Positions 11,683 through 21,708 of a stretch of 64,000 nt of DNA are shown piece by piece (positions within the stretch are counted from its first letter, which is position 1; each line of letters starts with the position of its first letter). The position numbers were made by a program, and so were the translations under genes. Source of the stretch: Planctomycetota bacterium (GTDB taxonomy: Bacteria; Planctomycetota; UBA1135; UBA2386); contig OZ245006.1 in NCBI GenBank assembly GCA_965223545.1, forward strand, positions 3,456,001 through 3,520,000. Direction: 5' to 3'. The notes below the pieces were generated by a model. The model ran no database searches and had not been told where the DNA came from. It was given only the letters and a program-made list of their open reading frames with translations.

Positions 11683-14600
11683 TCAAGGCGCCCGAGCCGC
11701 GCCGCCGACCGCCCGCAGCGCCTGCTGCCCGCCCATCGCGACGACCACCTTGCCGGTGTGCTTGGCCGCGGCCATGTGCTCGAACGCGCGCACCGCGTCG
11801 GTCGCGGCAAACACTTCGTGCGGCAAGGGCGCGAACGAGCCGTCGGCGAACCGCTCGGCCAGCGCCCGCCAGCTCTCGGCGAAGCCCGGCATACGGGGGC
11901 CGATCATCACTGCGATGAACTGCAGACTGTTGGCAAACGGGGCCAAGCCGATCGGCGTGTTGGCGAAGATGTCCTGCGCACCCAGCTCGAGGAAACGGCC
12001 GTAGGGCCCCAGCACTGCAAGACCCTTGGCGATGAACTCACCCGCCAGGGAGTTGAGGACCAGATCGACGCCACGACCAGCGGTGGCTTCCATGACGCGG
12101 TCCGCGAACTCCGTGGTCCGGGAGTTCATCACGTGCTCGATACCCATCGCCCGCAGCGTCGCGCGCTTGGCGTCGCTGCCGGCAGTGGCGTAGATCTCCG
12201 CCCCGCGCCACTGCGCGACCTGCACCGCGGCGAGACCGACGCCGCCGGCGGCGGCGTGGATCAAGACCTTCTCGCCGGCCTGCATCCGGCCGAGGGTGAT
12301 CAGCGCGTGGTAGGCGGTGAGGAACGAGATCGGGATCGTCGCCGCCGCTTCCACCGACAGGGCCTGGGGCTTGGCCGCGACGACCGCGGCCGGCACCGTG
12401 ACATACGCGCTGAAGCTCGACGACGACAGCGCGACGACTTCGTCGCCGACCGCAAAGCCGGTCACTCCTGCGCCGATACGGGCAATCCGGCCGGCGCACT
12501 CCAAGCCGATCTCCGGCACGCCACCGTCCGACGCCGGCATCAGCCCCAGCGCGAACAGCACGTCCTTGAAGTTCAAGCCGGTGGCCAGCACCTCGATCTC
12601 GACCTCGCCGTCGGCGGGCGGGCGGCGCGCGCCGCGCACGAAGGCGAGCTCTTCGAGCAGACCGGGCTCGGTGATCTTCAGCGTCACGTTCGCCTCGTCA
12701 CTCTCGGCACTGTCGGCACCGCCGGCCTGCTCGCCGGCGGCCGCCGCGTCCGCCCGGCGCAGGGCGTAGCCCTCGATCCGCACGAGCTCGGCGCCGCTCT
12801 GGTCGACCACGACGACATCGAAACGGCGCTCGCCGGCTGCCGGACTCGGCTGCTCTTCGATGAAGCTGAACGCCGTCGGTGTCATCGCGCCGCGCACGAC
12901 GACGCGCTCGTAGGCAAACGGCAGCATCCCCGCACCGCTCTCTTCGCGGAAACCCACCGCGACGTCGAGGAGCGCGGGATGCAGGCCGTAGCCGCGGTCT
13001 TCGGCCACGGCCGAGGCCGGCAGCTGCATCTCCGTCAACCGCCGCTGATCCCCGAACCAGACCCGGCGCGCGCTGCCCCACCGCGGCCCGAGAGTCATGA
13101 AGCCGGTCGCCTGCTCGAGCTCGTCCGACGCGACTTCGAGCTCGCGCTCCGCGCAGCGCGCGCGCAGGGCCTGCACGTCGTGCCGCGGCTGCGCGCCGCG
13201 CTCGCCGACCACCAGCTGGCCGGTGGCGTGCTCGCTCAGCTCTCCGTCGGCGCCCTCGCTCTCGACGACGAAGTCCGCAGCCCCCTCGCTGACGGTCAGC
13301 ACGGTGCGCACTTCGCGTTCGCCGTCGGTGGGCACCGACAGCGGCGCCAAGAAGAACACCGAGCGCAGCTCGATCGCGGCGCCGCCGGCCAACGACGCGG
13401 CGGCGTGCTGCTCGAACGCCGCCCGCGCCAGCTCGAGATACGCAGTGCCGACCAACACCGGCTCGCCGTGGATGCGGTGCTCGCCCAACACCCAGTGCTG
13501 CGCCGGCGACAACCGCGACGTCCACACCAGCCGCCCGTCGTCGTCGGTGTGCCGGGTCTCGAACAAGGGGTGGTCGGCGGCCACCGGCGGCGTCGCCAGC
13601 GACGGCTTGCTCTCGGCAGCCGCCGGTTTGCCACCCACAAGCTGGGCCTGCGCGGCGAGCGCCGCGACGTTGGGTGATTCGAGCACCGCGCGCAGCGCCA
13701 ACGCGATGCCGTGCTTCTGCTTGAGCCGGGCGATCATCCGGTGGCCGATCAGCGAGTCGAAGCCGAGCTGGAAGAAATCGTCGTCCCGGCCGATTTGCGC
13801 CACTCCCAACAGCGACTGGACGACGCTGGCGATCGCCTGCTCGACCTCGCCCGAAGGCGGCGCGTACGCGGTCGCCAGCTCGGGGCGCTCGTGACCGCCG
13901 TCCTCCTCGCCACTGGCGTTCGCCACCGCGGTGGACTCGGCGTCCTCGACCGTGTCGGCCGCGAGCCGCGCCGGCAGATCGAAGGTCGACACCAACAGCT
14001 GGGGCAGCCCGGCGTGCACCGCGCGGACGAAGACCTCGCGGCCATCCTCGTCGGACAAGCCCTTGGCCAACACCTCGCGGTGGGCCGCCGCCATCTCCGC
14101 CGGCACGTCGGCCTCCGCCGCCATCCCGGCCTCGCTCCACGCATCCCAGTTGATGGTGACCGCGCGCCGGGCCCGGCCGCGCGCGGAGTGCGCGAACGCA
14201 TCGAGGAAGGCGTTGGCCGCGGTGTAGTCCACCGATCCGACACCGCCCTTGACCGCGGTCACCGACGAGCAGAGCGCGAAGAACTCGAGCGGGGCGTCGC
14301 CGAGCGCGGCGTCCAGCGCCAGGGTACCGCGCACCTTGGGCGCCAGCACGTGCGCCGCCTCCGCCGCGGTGCGGTTGGCGACCAGCCCTCCGGTCGCGGT
14401 GCCGGCCGCGTGCACGACCCCGCGCACCCGGCCAAAGCGGTCGACGCAGCGCTGCACGACGGCGCGCATCGCCGCCGCGTCCTGCACATCCGCCGTCTCC
14501 AAGACGACCGTGACGCCCGCGGCCTCGAGCGCACCGATCCGCCGCATGCGCCGGCTGGTGCGATCTTCATCACCGTGCTGGGCGCGCCAGGCGTCCCATT

Positions 14601-17600
14601 CCTCGCGCGGCGGCAGGCCGCGGCGCGAAACCAAGACGAGCGCGGAACGCGGCGCCTTGGCCAACAGCTCGGCCAGTGCCAAACCGACACCGCCGACTCC
14701 ACCGGTGATCAGATATGCGCCGGCATCCACCCCTTCGCGGTTCCACACCGGAACGTCGGTTGCAGCCTGCGGCGCCGGCACGGCGCCGGGCAGCCAGCGC
14801 AGCCCGCGCCGCAGCGCCACCACTCCCTGCGCGGCGGTGCCCCACTCGCGCACCAGCTCCTCGACGGTGGCACTCGCGTCCGGATCGACCTCGAGGTCGA
14901 CCAACCGGCAGCGGACGTTGGGCTGCTCGGCGGGGATCACCCGGCACGGCCCCAACATGAGCGCGCGCTCCGGCAGAGACGTCGTCTCACCGCAGACATC
15001 GAACAAGCCGCGGGTCACGACCTCGACGCGCAGCGGGCGTTCGTCGCCCGCCTCGGCCAACACCCGACCCAAGAGCATCAGCGCGTAGAAGCCGCGCGCC
15101 TCGCGCTCCGCGAGGGCGTCGAGCGAAGACGCGCCGCTCGCGGCGACCTGCCAGAGATGGATGACGCGATCGACGCCACCGCCCGCCGCGCTCCACAGCG
15201 CGTCCCAGTCCTCGCGCACATCCGCGCGCAGCGTGTACTCGCCTTCGCCGGTGGCCGCGAAGCGCTCGCCGATGCGGGCCACGGTGACCTCGCCAACCCG
15301 GCGCAGCGCTTCGACCACCGACGCCGACAACGGGTCGTCGCCGGCCAACACCAGCGTGCGCGCCGGCGGATCGGCGGCGACCGCAGCCGCGGCGCGCTGC
15401 CACGAGGGCGCCCAGAACCAATCCGCGACCGCCGCCTTGCGCTCCAGCGAGCCGCCCGCCAGGCCGGGCGGGGTCGCGTCGCGCTCGATCCAGTAGCGCT
15501 TGCGCGCGAAGGGGTAGCCGGGCAGCGGCACGCGCCGCGCTTCGCGACCGTGCACCTGCGGCCAAGCGATGTCGACGCCCGCCATCCACAGCCGGCCGAC
15601 CGCGGTCAACAGGCATTGCCAATCCGACTGCTGATCCTGCGGGTGTCGCATCGACGGCACCACAGCGCGACCGCGCGCGCGCTTGCCCTGTTGCCGCACC
15701 AGCGCGCTCAGCGTCTGGCCCGGCCCCACCTCGAGCAGCACCAGCTCGGGATTGTCGAGCACCGTGCGCGCGCCGGTCGCAAACCGCACCGGGTCCCGCA
15801 GGTTGCGCACCCAGTAGTCCGCGTCGGCCCACAGCTCGGGCTCGATCCACTCGCCGGTCACGGTCGACGCACACGGCAGCTGCGCCGGCGCCGGTTGGAC
15901 CCCGGCGACCACGGCGCGGAACGGCGCCGACATCGGCTCCATCATCGACGAGTGGAAGGCGTGGCTGGTGTGCAGCAACCGGCACGGCAGGTCCTGCCGC
16001 GCCAGCTCCTCCTGCAGCTGCGCCACCGCGTCGCGCGGACCGCCGACGACGCACGACGACGGGCCGTTGATCGCCGACAGCGACAGCTCGCCGTTGAGCA
16101 GCGGCTGCACCTCACCCTCGGGCAGGCCGACGCTGAGCATGTCGCCCGCCGGCAGCTCCTGCATCATCCGACCGCGTTCGGCCACCAGGCGCAGCGCGTC
16201 CTCCAGCGAGAACACCCCGGCGAGCGTGGCGGCGACGTACTCGCCGATGCTGTGACCGATGACCGCCGCGGGGCGCACGCCCCACGACTCCCACAGCATC
16301 GCCAGCGCGTACTCGACGGCGAACATCGCCGGCTGGGTGACACGGGTCTGCGACAGCTGGGCGGTGTGCTCCTCGGCGGGCTCGGAGGGATACACGACCT
16401 CGCGCAGATCCAAGCCCAATGGCTCCGTCAACAGCGCCGCGCACCGATCGAACGCATCGCGGTACACCGCGGCGTGTTCGTAGAGCTCGCGCCCCATGCC
16501 GACGTACTGCGCGCCCTGCCCGGGAAACATGAACGCCACCGGTGGGTGCTCGGCGCCGCGCACACCGCTGATCAACTGGCGCGCATTGCCCGACTCGAGC
16601 GCTGCAGCCAGCGCGACCGCATCCGCGCCGACGGTGAAACAGCGGTGCTCGAAGCCGCTGCGGCTGCGCTGCGTCGTCGCCGCGACTTCGCCCGGATCGA
16701 GGTCGGGCTCGGCCCGCAGCCGCGCGGCGAGCGCTTGGCGATAGGCATCCAGCGCCGCCTCGGTCTTCGCCGACAGGGTGACGAGGTGCTGGGGCCGCGC
16801 TGCCGCGCGCGCCGGCGAGGCTGGCGCCTCTTCCAGCACCACGTGGGCATTGGTGCCGCCGATGCCGAACGAGCTGACCGCGGCGCGGCGCGGGGACGCC
16901 CCGCGCGACCATGGCTGCAGCCGGTCGGCGACGTAGAACGGACTGGCGGCGAAGTCGATCTCCGGGTTGGGCTCCTCGAAGTTCGGGCTCGGCGGGATCG
17001 CCTCGTGCTCGAGCGCCAGCACCGCCTTGATCAGACCCGCGACCCCGGCGGCGGTGTCGGCGTGGCCGATGTTGGCCTTCACCGAGCCGAGCGCGCAGTA
17101 CTGCTGGCGCTCGGACTCGCCGAACGCCTTGCTGAGCGCGGCGACCTCGATCGGATCACCCAGCGGCGTCGCCGTGCCGTGGCACTCGACGTAACCGATC
17201 GACGAAGGGTCGATGCCGGCGGCCTGCTGCGCCGCGCGGATCACCGCCGCCTGCCCCTCGACGCTGGGGGCGGTGAAGCCGACCTTGTTGGCGCCGTCGT
17301 TGTTGAGTGCGGCACCGGCGATCACCGCGCGGATCGGGTCGCCATCCTCGATCGCCCGATCGAGGCGCTTGAGCAGGACGACGCCGACGCCTTCGCCGCT
17401 GAACGTGCCCTGCGCGCCGCTGTCGAACGGCCGGCAGCGTCCGTCCGGCGAGAAGATCTCGCCCTCGCGATACAGGTGACCGACGCGCTGCGGTACGCCG
17501 ACGAACACGCCGCCGGCCAGCGCCATGTCGCTCTGTCCGGTGAGCACGCTCTCGCACGCCTGCACGACCGCGACGAGGGACGTCGAGCAAGCCGTGTAGA

Positions 17601-20600
17601 CCTCGACCGCCGGACCGCGCAGGTTGAGCTTGTACGAGGCGCGCGTCGCCAAGAACGACACGTCGGTCAGCGCCAGATCGAAGGCATCGGCGGCCTCGAC
17701 GTAGGCGCGGTTGCCCAGCAGGTTGTTGCGGTGGTAGTTGTTGGGCGCGCTGCCGGCGTAGACGCCGACCGCGCCGGGCGTGCGCAACGGGTCGTAGCCG
17801 GCCGACTCGAGCGCGACGTATGCGGCTTCCAAGAACAGCCGCACCTGCGGGTCGGTCCGCTCGGCCTCCTTCGGGCTGAAACCGAAGAAGGAGGCGTCGA
17901 ACCGATCGACGTCGTCGAGCACGGCGCGCACCGGGACGTAGCGCTCATCGCGCAACCAGCGCTCGGCGATTCCGCTGGCGCGCAGCTCCTCTTCGCTGAA
18001 GCGCGCGCCACACTCGACGCCATCGCGCAGCACCTGCCAGAACGCGTCGAGGTCGGGCGCCTTGGGGAAGCGGCCGGCCATGCCGATCACCGCGACCGCC
18101 GCCGACTGCGCCGGGGCTGGCCTGGGAGTGGCCGCCGCGGCCTCGTCGCCGCGATCCCGCGGCGCGTCGGCGACCCCGAGGCGCTGCGCCATCGCGGCCA
18201 CGGTGGGATGCTGGAACACCTCGGCCACCGACAGCTGCTCGCCGAATTCGGCCTGCAGCTTGGCGCGCAGCCGCACCAAGTGGAGCGAGTGCCCACCGAT
18301 CTCGAAGAAGTTGTCCTCCCGGCCGACGTGCTCGACCTCGAGGATCGAGCGCCACAGCGCCGCGACGCGCTGCTCACCGGCACCGCGCAGCGGCACCGCC
18401 ACGGCCGCGGTCGCCGGCGCCACGCGCTCGCTCAACCGCGCCCGGTCGATCTTGCCGTTGGGTGTCAGCGGCAAGGCCTCGAGCACTTCGATCGAGGACG
18501 GGACCATGTAGTCCGGCAAGCTGCGCGCCAGGTGTGCTCGCAGCGCGGCCGCATCGAGCGCGGCGCCGGCGACCGGCACCGCGAATGCCGCGAGCTGCAC
18601 GTCTCCGGCCGCGCGCGACTGCGCGACGACGACGCATTCGGCCACCGCCGAGTGCGCCACCAGCACCTGCTCGATCTCGCCCAGCTCGATGCGAAACCCG
18701 CGCACCTTGACCTGGTGATCGATGCGCCCGAGAAAGTCCAGCTGCCCATCCGCGCGCCAGCGCACCAGGTCGCCGGTGCGATACAGGCGTCCGTCGCCGA
18801 ACGGGGAGTCGATGAACTTCTCGGCGGTGAGCTCCGGCCGCGCATGGTAGCCGCGAGCCAAGCTGGCGCCGCCGATCCACAGCTCGCCGGGCACCCCGAC
18901 CGGCACCAGCTGGCGGTGCCGGTCCACGACGAAGGCGGAGACGTTGTCGATCGGCCGGCCGATCGGCGGCGCGACGCCGGGCTGCAGGTCGGCCGGCACG
19001 TCGCAGTAGGTCGCCACCACCGCGCTCTCGGTCGGCCCGTACTGGTTGACCAGGCGAAACGGCAATGCCGGCGGCGGCGGGGCGTTGAGCCGATCGCCAC
19101 CGGTGAGCAGCGCCCGCAGGCAGAGACCGGCGGGCATCGGCTCGGCCAGCATCGCCTCGGCCAGCGGAGTCGGCGCAAAGCTGAGGGTCACGCGCTGGTC
19201 GGCGAGCCATTCGAGCAACTGTTCCGGCACCTTGCGCACGTCTTCACCGGGCAGGTGCACACTGGCGCCGGCGGTGAGGTACGGCCACAGCTCCCAGACA
19301 GTCGCATCGAACGCCAACCCCGCGACCAGCGACGCGCGGTCGGCGGCGACCACGGCGTACTCGCGGCGGTGCCAGAAGATCAGGTTGAGCAGGGCGGCGT
19401 GCTGGATCTCGACCCCCTTGGGCCGCCCGGTCGAACCCGAGGTGAAGATCACGTACACCGTGTCGTCGACGCCGAGCTCGACGTCGGGGTTGTCGGCCGG
19501 CATCGACGCCACCGCGTCGCGCTCCGCGTCGAGATCGAGGAGCTCCGCTCCACCACCCGAGAGCGCGGCCGCCATGCCGGCGTGGGTGATGAGCACGGGC
19601 ATGGCCGCGTCCTCGATCATTCCCGCCAAGCGCTCGGGCGGATTGGCCGCATCGAGCGGAACGTAGGCGGCGCCGGCCTTCATCACTCCGAGCAGGGCGG
19701 CGACCATGTCGACCCGCCGCTGCATCAGCACACCGATCAGCGCTCCGCGCCGCGCACCGCGCCGCAGCAGCGCATGCGCGATGCGGTTGGCGCGGGCGTT
19801 GAGCGCGGCGTACGACAGCTGCTCCACTTCGTCGGACAGCGCGATCGCGGCGGGATCGTCCGCCGCGCAGCGCTCGACCAGTCGGTGGACGCAATCCGTG
19901 CGGGGGTCGTCGGTGCGGGTCATCGCACCGTCCGCCAGCTGGGCGCGCTCGGCAACGGTGAGCATTGGCAGCTGGGCCACCGGCCGGTCGGGATCGGCCA
20001 CCAAAGCGGCGACGAGCTCGCCGAGGTGCGCGGCCATCCGTTCGACCGTCGCTGCGTCGAACAGGTCGGCGCTGTACTCGAGCTCGCCAACCAAGCCGGC
20101 CGCGGTCTCGCGCACTGCCAGGGTCAGGTCGAACTTGGCGGTGTCGTGCGGGGTCTCCACCGGCTCGACATCGAGCCCGCCGAGGCGCATCGGCGCGCCG
20201 GCCTCGTCGTAGACGAACGCCACTTGAAACAGCGGGTTGGCGCTCGGATCGAGGTCCTGCCGCAGCGCGGCGACCAACGGCTCGAACGGCATGTCCTGGT
20301 GCTGGTACGCGCCGAGACACATGTCGCGCACGCGGCGCAGCAGCTGGCGGCCACTGGGCGCGCCGGAGAGATCGGCGCGGGCGACCAGCATGTTCATGAA
20401 GAAACCGACCAAACCCTGGGTCTGCGGTTGGTCACGCCCCGCCGTGGGCATGCCGATGGCGATGTCGTCCTGCCCGCTGTAGCGGTGGAGCAGGGCGGCG
20501 TAGACCGCGAGCAGCGTCATCGTCGGCGTGCAGGCCTCGCGCCGGCCGAGCGCCAACAGCTCGTCGGCGAGTCGGCGATCGAGCTGCATCCGGCGGGTGC

Positions 20601-21462
20601 CGCCGGCAAAGCTGCGCTCGCGTGGCCGGGGCCGGTCGGCCGGCAGCACCAGCGGAGCGAGGCCGTCGAGCTGCTCGCGCCAGTACGCCAGCAGCGCGGC
20701 GCCGTCGCGGTCGTAGCGCCTGCGCTGCCAGTCGGCGTAGTCCGTGTAGCGGATCGGTAGCGCTGGGAGCTGCGCATCGGCGCCGTCGACGCGGGCGGCG
20801 TAGAGCGCGCCAAGGTCGTGCTGAATGACGGCGAACGACCATCCATCGCCGACCAGGTGCGGCATCACCAACGACAGCACGTGGTCGTCCACACCGATCC
20901 GCAGCAAGCGCGCGCGCAGCAACGGCACGCGGTCGAGGGCGAAGCCGACCGCCGCATGCGCGCGCGCGGCGCGGACGGCGTCGGCCAACGGCTCGGGCGC
21001 GCCGGTCAGATCCTCGACCTCCAAGCCGAACGGCGGCGCGTCTTCGACCTGCTGCACGGGCTCGTCGTCGCGCAGCGCGAACGTCGTGCGCAACGCCTCG
21101 TGGCGCGCGATCAGCTGCTCGAGGCTCCAGCGCAGCGCCTCGACGTCGAGCGCACCGCGCAGCCGCAAGTGCAGCGGGATGTTGTAGGCCGCGTTGTCGT
21201 CGCTCAGCGCGTAGACCAGCCACAACCGCTGCTGCGCCAGTGACAGGGGCAGGGCGCCGGCCTGCTGCAAGCGCGGGATCTCGCCAGCCGGCGCGTCCTC
21301 GCTGGTCAGCATGGCGACCAGCGCGCTCTTGTGCTCGGCCAGCTGGTCGCGCAACGCGGCGGTGAGCACGCCCTTGGGCGCATTCACTTTGAGGCGCTCG
21401 CCCTCGACGGACACGCGGACCCCGAGGTCGCGGAGCCGGAGCAGAAGATCGGCGGCAGTCAT
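11683..21462 (-). CDS. Hybrid NRPS/type I PKS (TubC_N docking-C-A-PCP-KS-AT-KR-ACP-DH-ER)
   Basis: C: SLAQQRLW, PHLVGDGWS. A: FTSGSTGRPKG, YGPTE, YRTGD, PNGK. PCP: GGHSL. KS: TACSTS, HGTAT, GH. AT: GHSIG, HAFHS. KR: GGVGGVG, YTAAN. ACP: GFDSL. DH: EHRIHG, HPALLD. ER: LNFKD, HAAAGGVG. Confidence 0.95.
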   Translation of the reverse strand: MTAADLLLRLRDLGVRVSVEGERLKVNAPKGVLTAALRDQLAEHKSALVAMLTSEDAPAGEIPRLQQAGALPLSLAQQRLWLVYALSDDNAAYNIPLHLRLRGALDVEALRWSLEQLIARHEALRTTFALRDDEPVQQVEDAPPFGLEVEDLTGAPEPLADAVRAARAHAAVGFALDRVPLLRARLLRIGVDDHVLSLVMPHLVGDGWSFAVIQHDLGALYAARVDGADAQLPALPIRYTDYADWQRRRYDRDGAALLAYWREQLDGLAPLVLPADRPRPRERSFAGGTRRMQLDRRLADELLALGRREACTPTMTLLAVYAALLHRYSGQDDIAIGMPTAGRDQPQTQGLVGFFMNMLVARADLSGAPSGRQLLRRVRDMCLGAYQHQDMPFEPLVAALRQDLDPSANPLFQVAFVYDEAGAPMRLGGLDVEPVETPHDTAKFDLTLAVRETAAGLVGELEYSADLFDAATVERMAAHLGELVAALVADPDRPVAQLPMLTVAERAQLADGAMTRTDDPRTDCVHRLVERCAADDPAAIALSDEVEQLSYAALNARANRIAHALLRRGARRGALIGVLMQRRVDMVAALLGVMKAGAAYVPLDAANPPERLAGMIEDAAMPVLITHAGMAAALSGGGAELLDLDAERDAVASMPADNPDVELGVDDTVYVIFTSGSTGRPKGVEIQHAALLNLIFWHRREYAVVAADRASLVAGLAFDATVWELWPYLTAGASVHLPGEDVRKVPEQLLEWLADQRVTLSFAPTPLAEAMLAEPMPAGLCLRALLTGGDRLNAPPPPALPFRLVNQYGPTESAVVATYCDVPADLQPGVAPPIGRPIDNVSAFVVDRHRQLVPVGVPGELWIGGASLARGYHARPELTAEKFIDSPFGDGRLYRTGDLVRWRADGQLDFLGRIDHQVKVRGFRIELGEIEQVLVAHSAVAECVVVAQSRAAGDVQLAAFAVPVAGAALDAAALRAHLARSLPDYMVPSSIEVLEALPLTPNGKIDRARLSERVAPATAAVAVPLRGAGEQRVAALWRSILEVEHVGREDNFFEIGGHSLHLVRLRAKLQAEFGEQLSVAEVFQHPTVAAMAQRLGVADAPRDRGDEAAAATPRPAPAQSAAVAVIGMAGRFPKAPDLDAFWQVLRDGVECGARFSEEELRASGIAERWLRDERYVPVRAVLDDVDRFDASFFGFSPKEAERTDPQVRLFLEAAYVALESAGYDPLRTPGAVGVYAGSAPNNYHRNNLLGNRAYVEAADAFDLALTDVSFLATRASYKLNLRGPAVEVYTACSTSLVAVVQACESVLTGQSDMALAGGVFVGVPQRVGHLYREGEIFSPDGRCRPFDSGAQGTFSGEGVGVVLLKRLDRAIEDGDPIRAVIAGAALNNDGANKVGFTAPSVEGQAAVIRAAQQAAGIDPSSIGYVECHGTATPLGDPIEVAALSKAFGESERQQYCALGSVKANIGHADTAAGVAGLIKAVLALEHEAIPPSPNFEEPNPEIDFAASPFYVADRLQPWSRGASPRRAAVSSFGIGGTNAHVVLEEAPASPARAAARPQHLVTLSAKTEAALDAYRQALAARLRAEPDLDPGEVAATTQRSRSGFEHRCFTVGADAVALAAALESGNARQLISGVRGAEHPPVAFMFPGQGAQYVGMGRELYEHAAVYRDAFDRCAALLTEPLGLDLREVVYPSEPAEEHTAQLSQTRVTQPAMFAVEYALAMLWESWGVRPAAVIGHSIGEYVAATLAGVFSLEDALRLVAERGRMMQELPAGDMLSVGLPEGEVQPLLNGELSLSAINGPSSCVVGGPRDAVAQLQEELARQDLPCRLLHTSHAFHSSMMEPMSAPFRAVVAGVQPAPAQLPCASTVTGEWIEPELWADADYWVRNLRDPVRFATGARTVLDNPELVLLEVGPGQTLSALVRQQGKRARGRAVVPSMRHPQDQQSDWQCLLTAVGRLWMAGVDIAWPQVHGREARRVPLPGYPFARKRYWIERDATPPGLAGGSLERKAAVADWFWAPSWQRAAAAVAADPPARTLVLAGDDPLSASVVEALRRVGEVTVARIGERFAATGEGEYTLRADVREDWDALWSAAGGGVDRVIHLWQVAASGASSLDALAEREARGFYALMLLGRVLAEAGDERPLRVEVVTRGLFDVCGETTSLPERALMLGPCRVIPAEQPNVRCRLVDLEVDPDASATVEELVREWGTAAQGVVALRRGLRWLPGAVPAPQAATDVPVWNREGVDAGAYLITGGVGGVGLALAELLAKAPRSALVLVSRRGLPPREEWDAWRAQHGDEDRTSRRMRRIGALEAAGVTVVLETADVQDAAAMRAVVQRCVDRFGRVRGVVHAAGTATGGLVANRTAAEAAHVLAPKVRGTLALDAALGDAPLEFFALCSSVTAVKGGVGSVDYTAANAFLDAFAHSARGRARRAVTINWDAWSEAGMAAEADVPAEMAAAHREVLAKGLSDEDGREVFVRAVHAGLPQLLVSTFDLPARLAADTVEDAESTAVANASGEEDGGHERPELATAYAPPSGEVEQAIASVVQSLLGVAQIGRDDDFFQLGFDSLIGHRMIARLKQKHGIALALRAVLESPNVAALAAQAQLVGGKPAAAESKPSLATPPVAADHPLFETRHTDDDGRLVWTSRLSPAQHWVLGEHRIHGEPVLVGTAYLELARAAFEQHAAASLAGGAAIELRSVFFLAPLSVPTDGEREVRTVLTVSEGAADFVVESEGADGELSEHATGQLVVGERGAQPRHDVQALRARCAERELEVASDELEQATGFMTLGPRWGSARRVWFGDQRRLTEMQLPASAVAEDRGYGLHPALLDVAVGFREESGAGMLPFAYERVVVRGAMTPTAFSFIEEQPSPAAGERRFDVVVVDQSGAELVRIEGYALRRADAAAAGEQAGGADSAESDEANVTLKITEPGLLEELAFVRGARRPPADGEVEIEVLATGLNFKDVLFALGLMPASDGGVPEIGLECAGRIARIGAGVTGFAVGDEVVALSSSSFSAYVTVPAAVVAAKPQALSVEAAATIPISFLTAYHALITLGRMQAGEKVLIHAAAGGVGLAAVQVAQWRGAEIYATAGSDAKRATLRAMGIEHVMNSRTTEFADRVMEATAGRGVDLVLNSLAGEFIAKGLAVLGPYGRFLELGAQDIFANTPIGLAPFANSLQFIAVMIGPRMPGFAESWRALAERFADGSFAPLPHEVFAATDAVRAFEHMAAAKHTGKVVVAMGGQQALRAVGGAARAP

Positions 21463-21708
21463 CGGTCAGTGGCGGGTGGCGAACGGTCGCTGGCATGGGC
21501 CCCCGAACCGGTGGTGGCGCGGCGCCAGGGTGGTCCGGAAGGCAGAATCCGCCGTCGGCGACGAACCCTCGGGAGTCTATCCCGAGAACGCCACCGGCGA
21601 GGGCGAGGAGGGCCGCGCATGATAGACGCCGGCGGCGGCCACCGGAACGGGCCGGCGGGGGATGCCAACCGGCGATGCCACCGCCGTCGCGAACCGAGCG
21701 GCCGGCTC

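Noticed and set aside
13711..20760. 2349-aa plus-strand ORF and other long antisense or alternate-frame ORFs (e.g. 10930-13677, 31934-34384, 53531-56827)
   Set aside because: Shadow ORFs of real GC-rich genes; Arg/Ala/Gly-rich with no motifs.
21568..21586. CTCGGGA-N5-TCCCGAG dyad upstream of the NRPS-PKS
   Set aside because: 7-bp arms can arise by chance at this GC content; no second copy seen.
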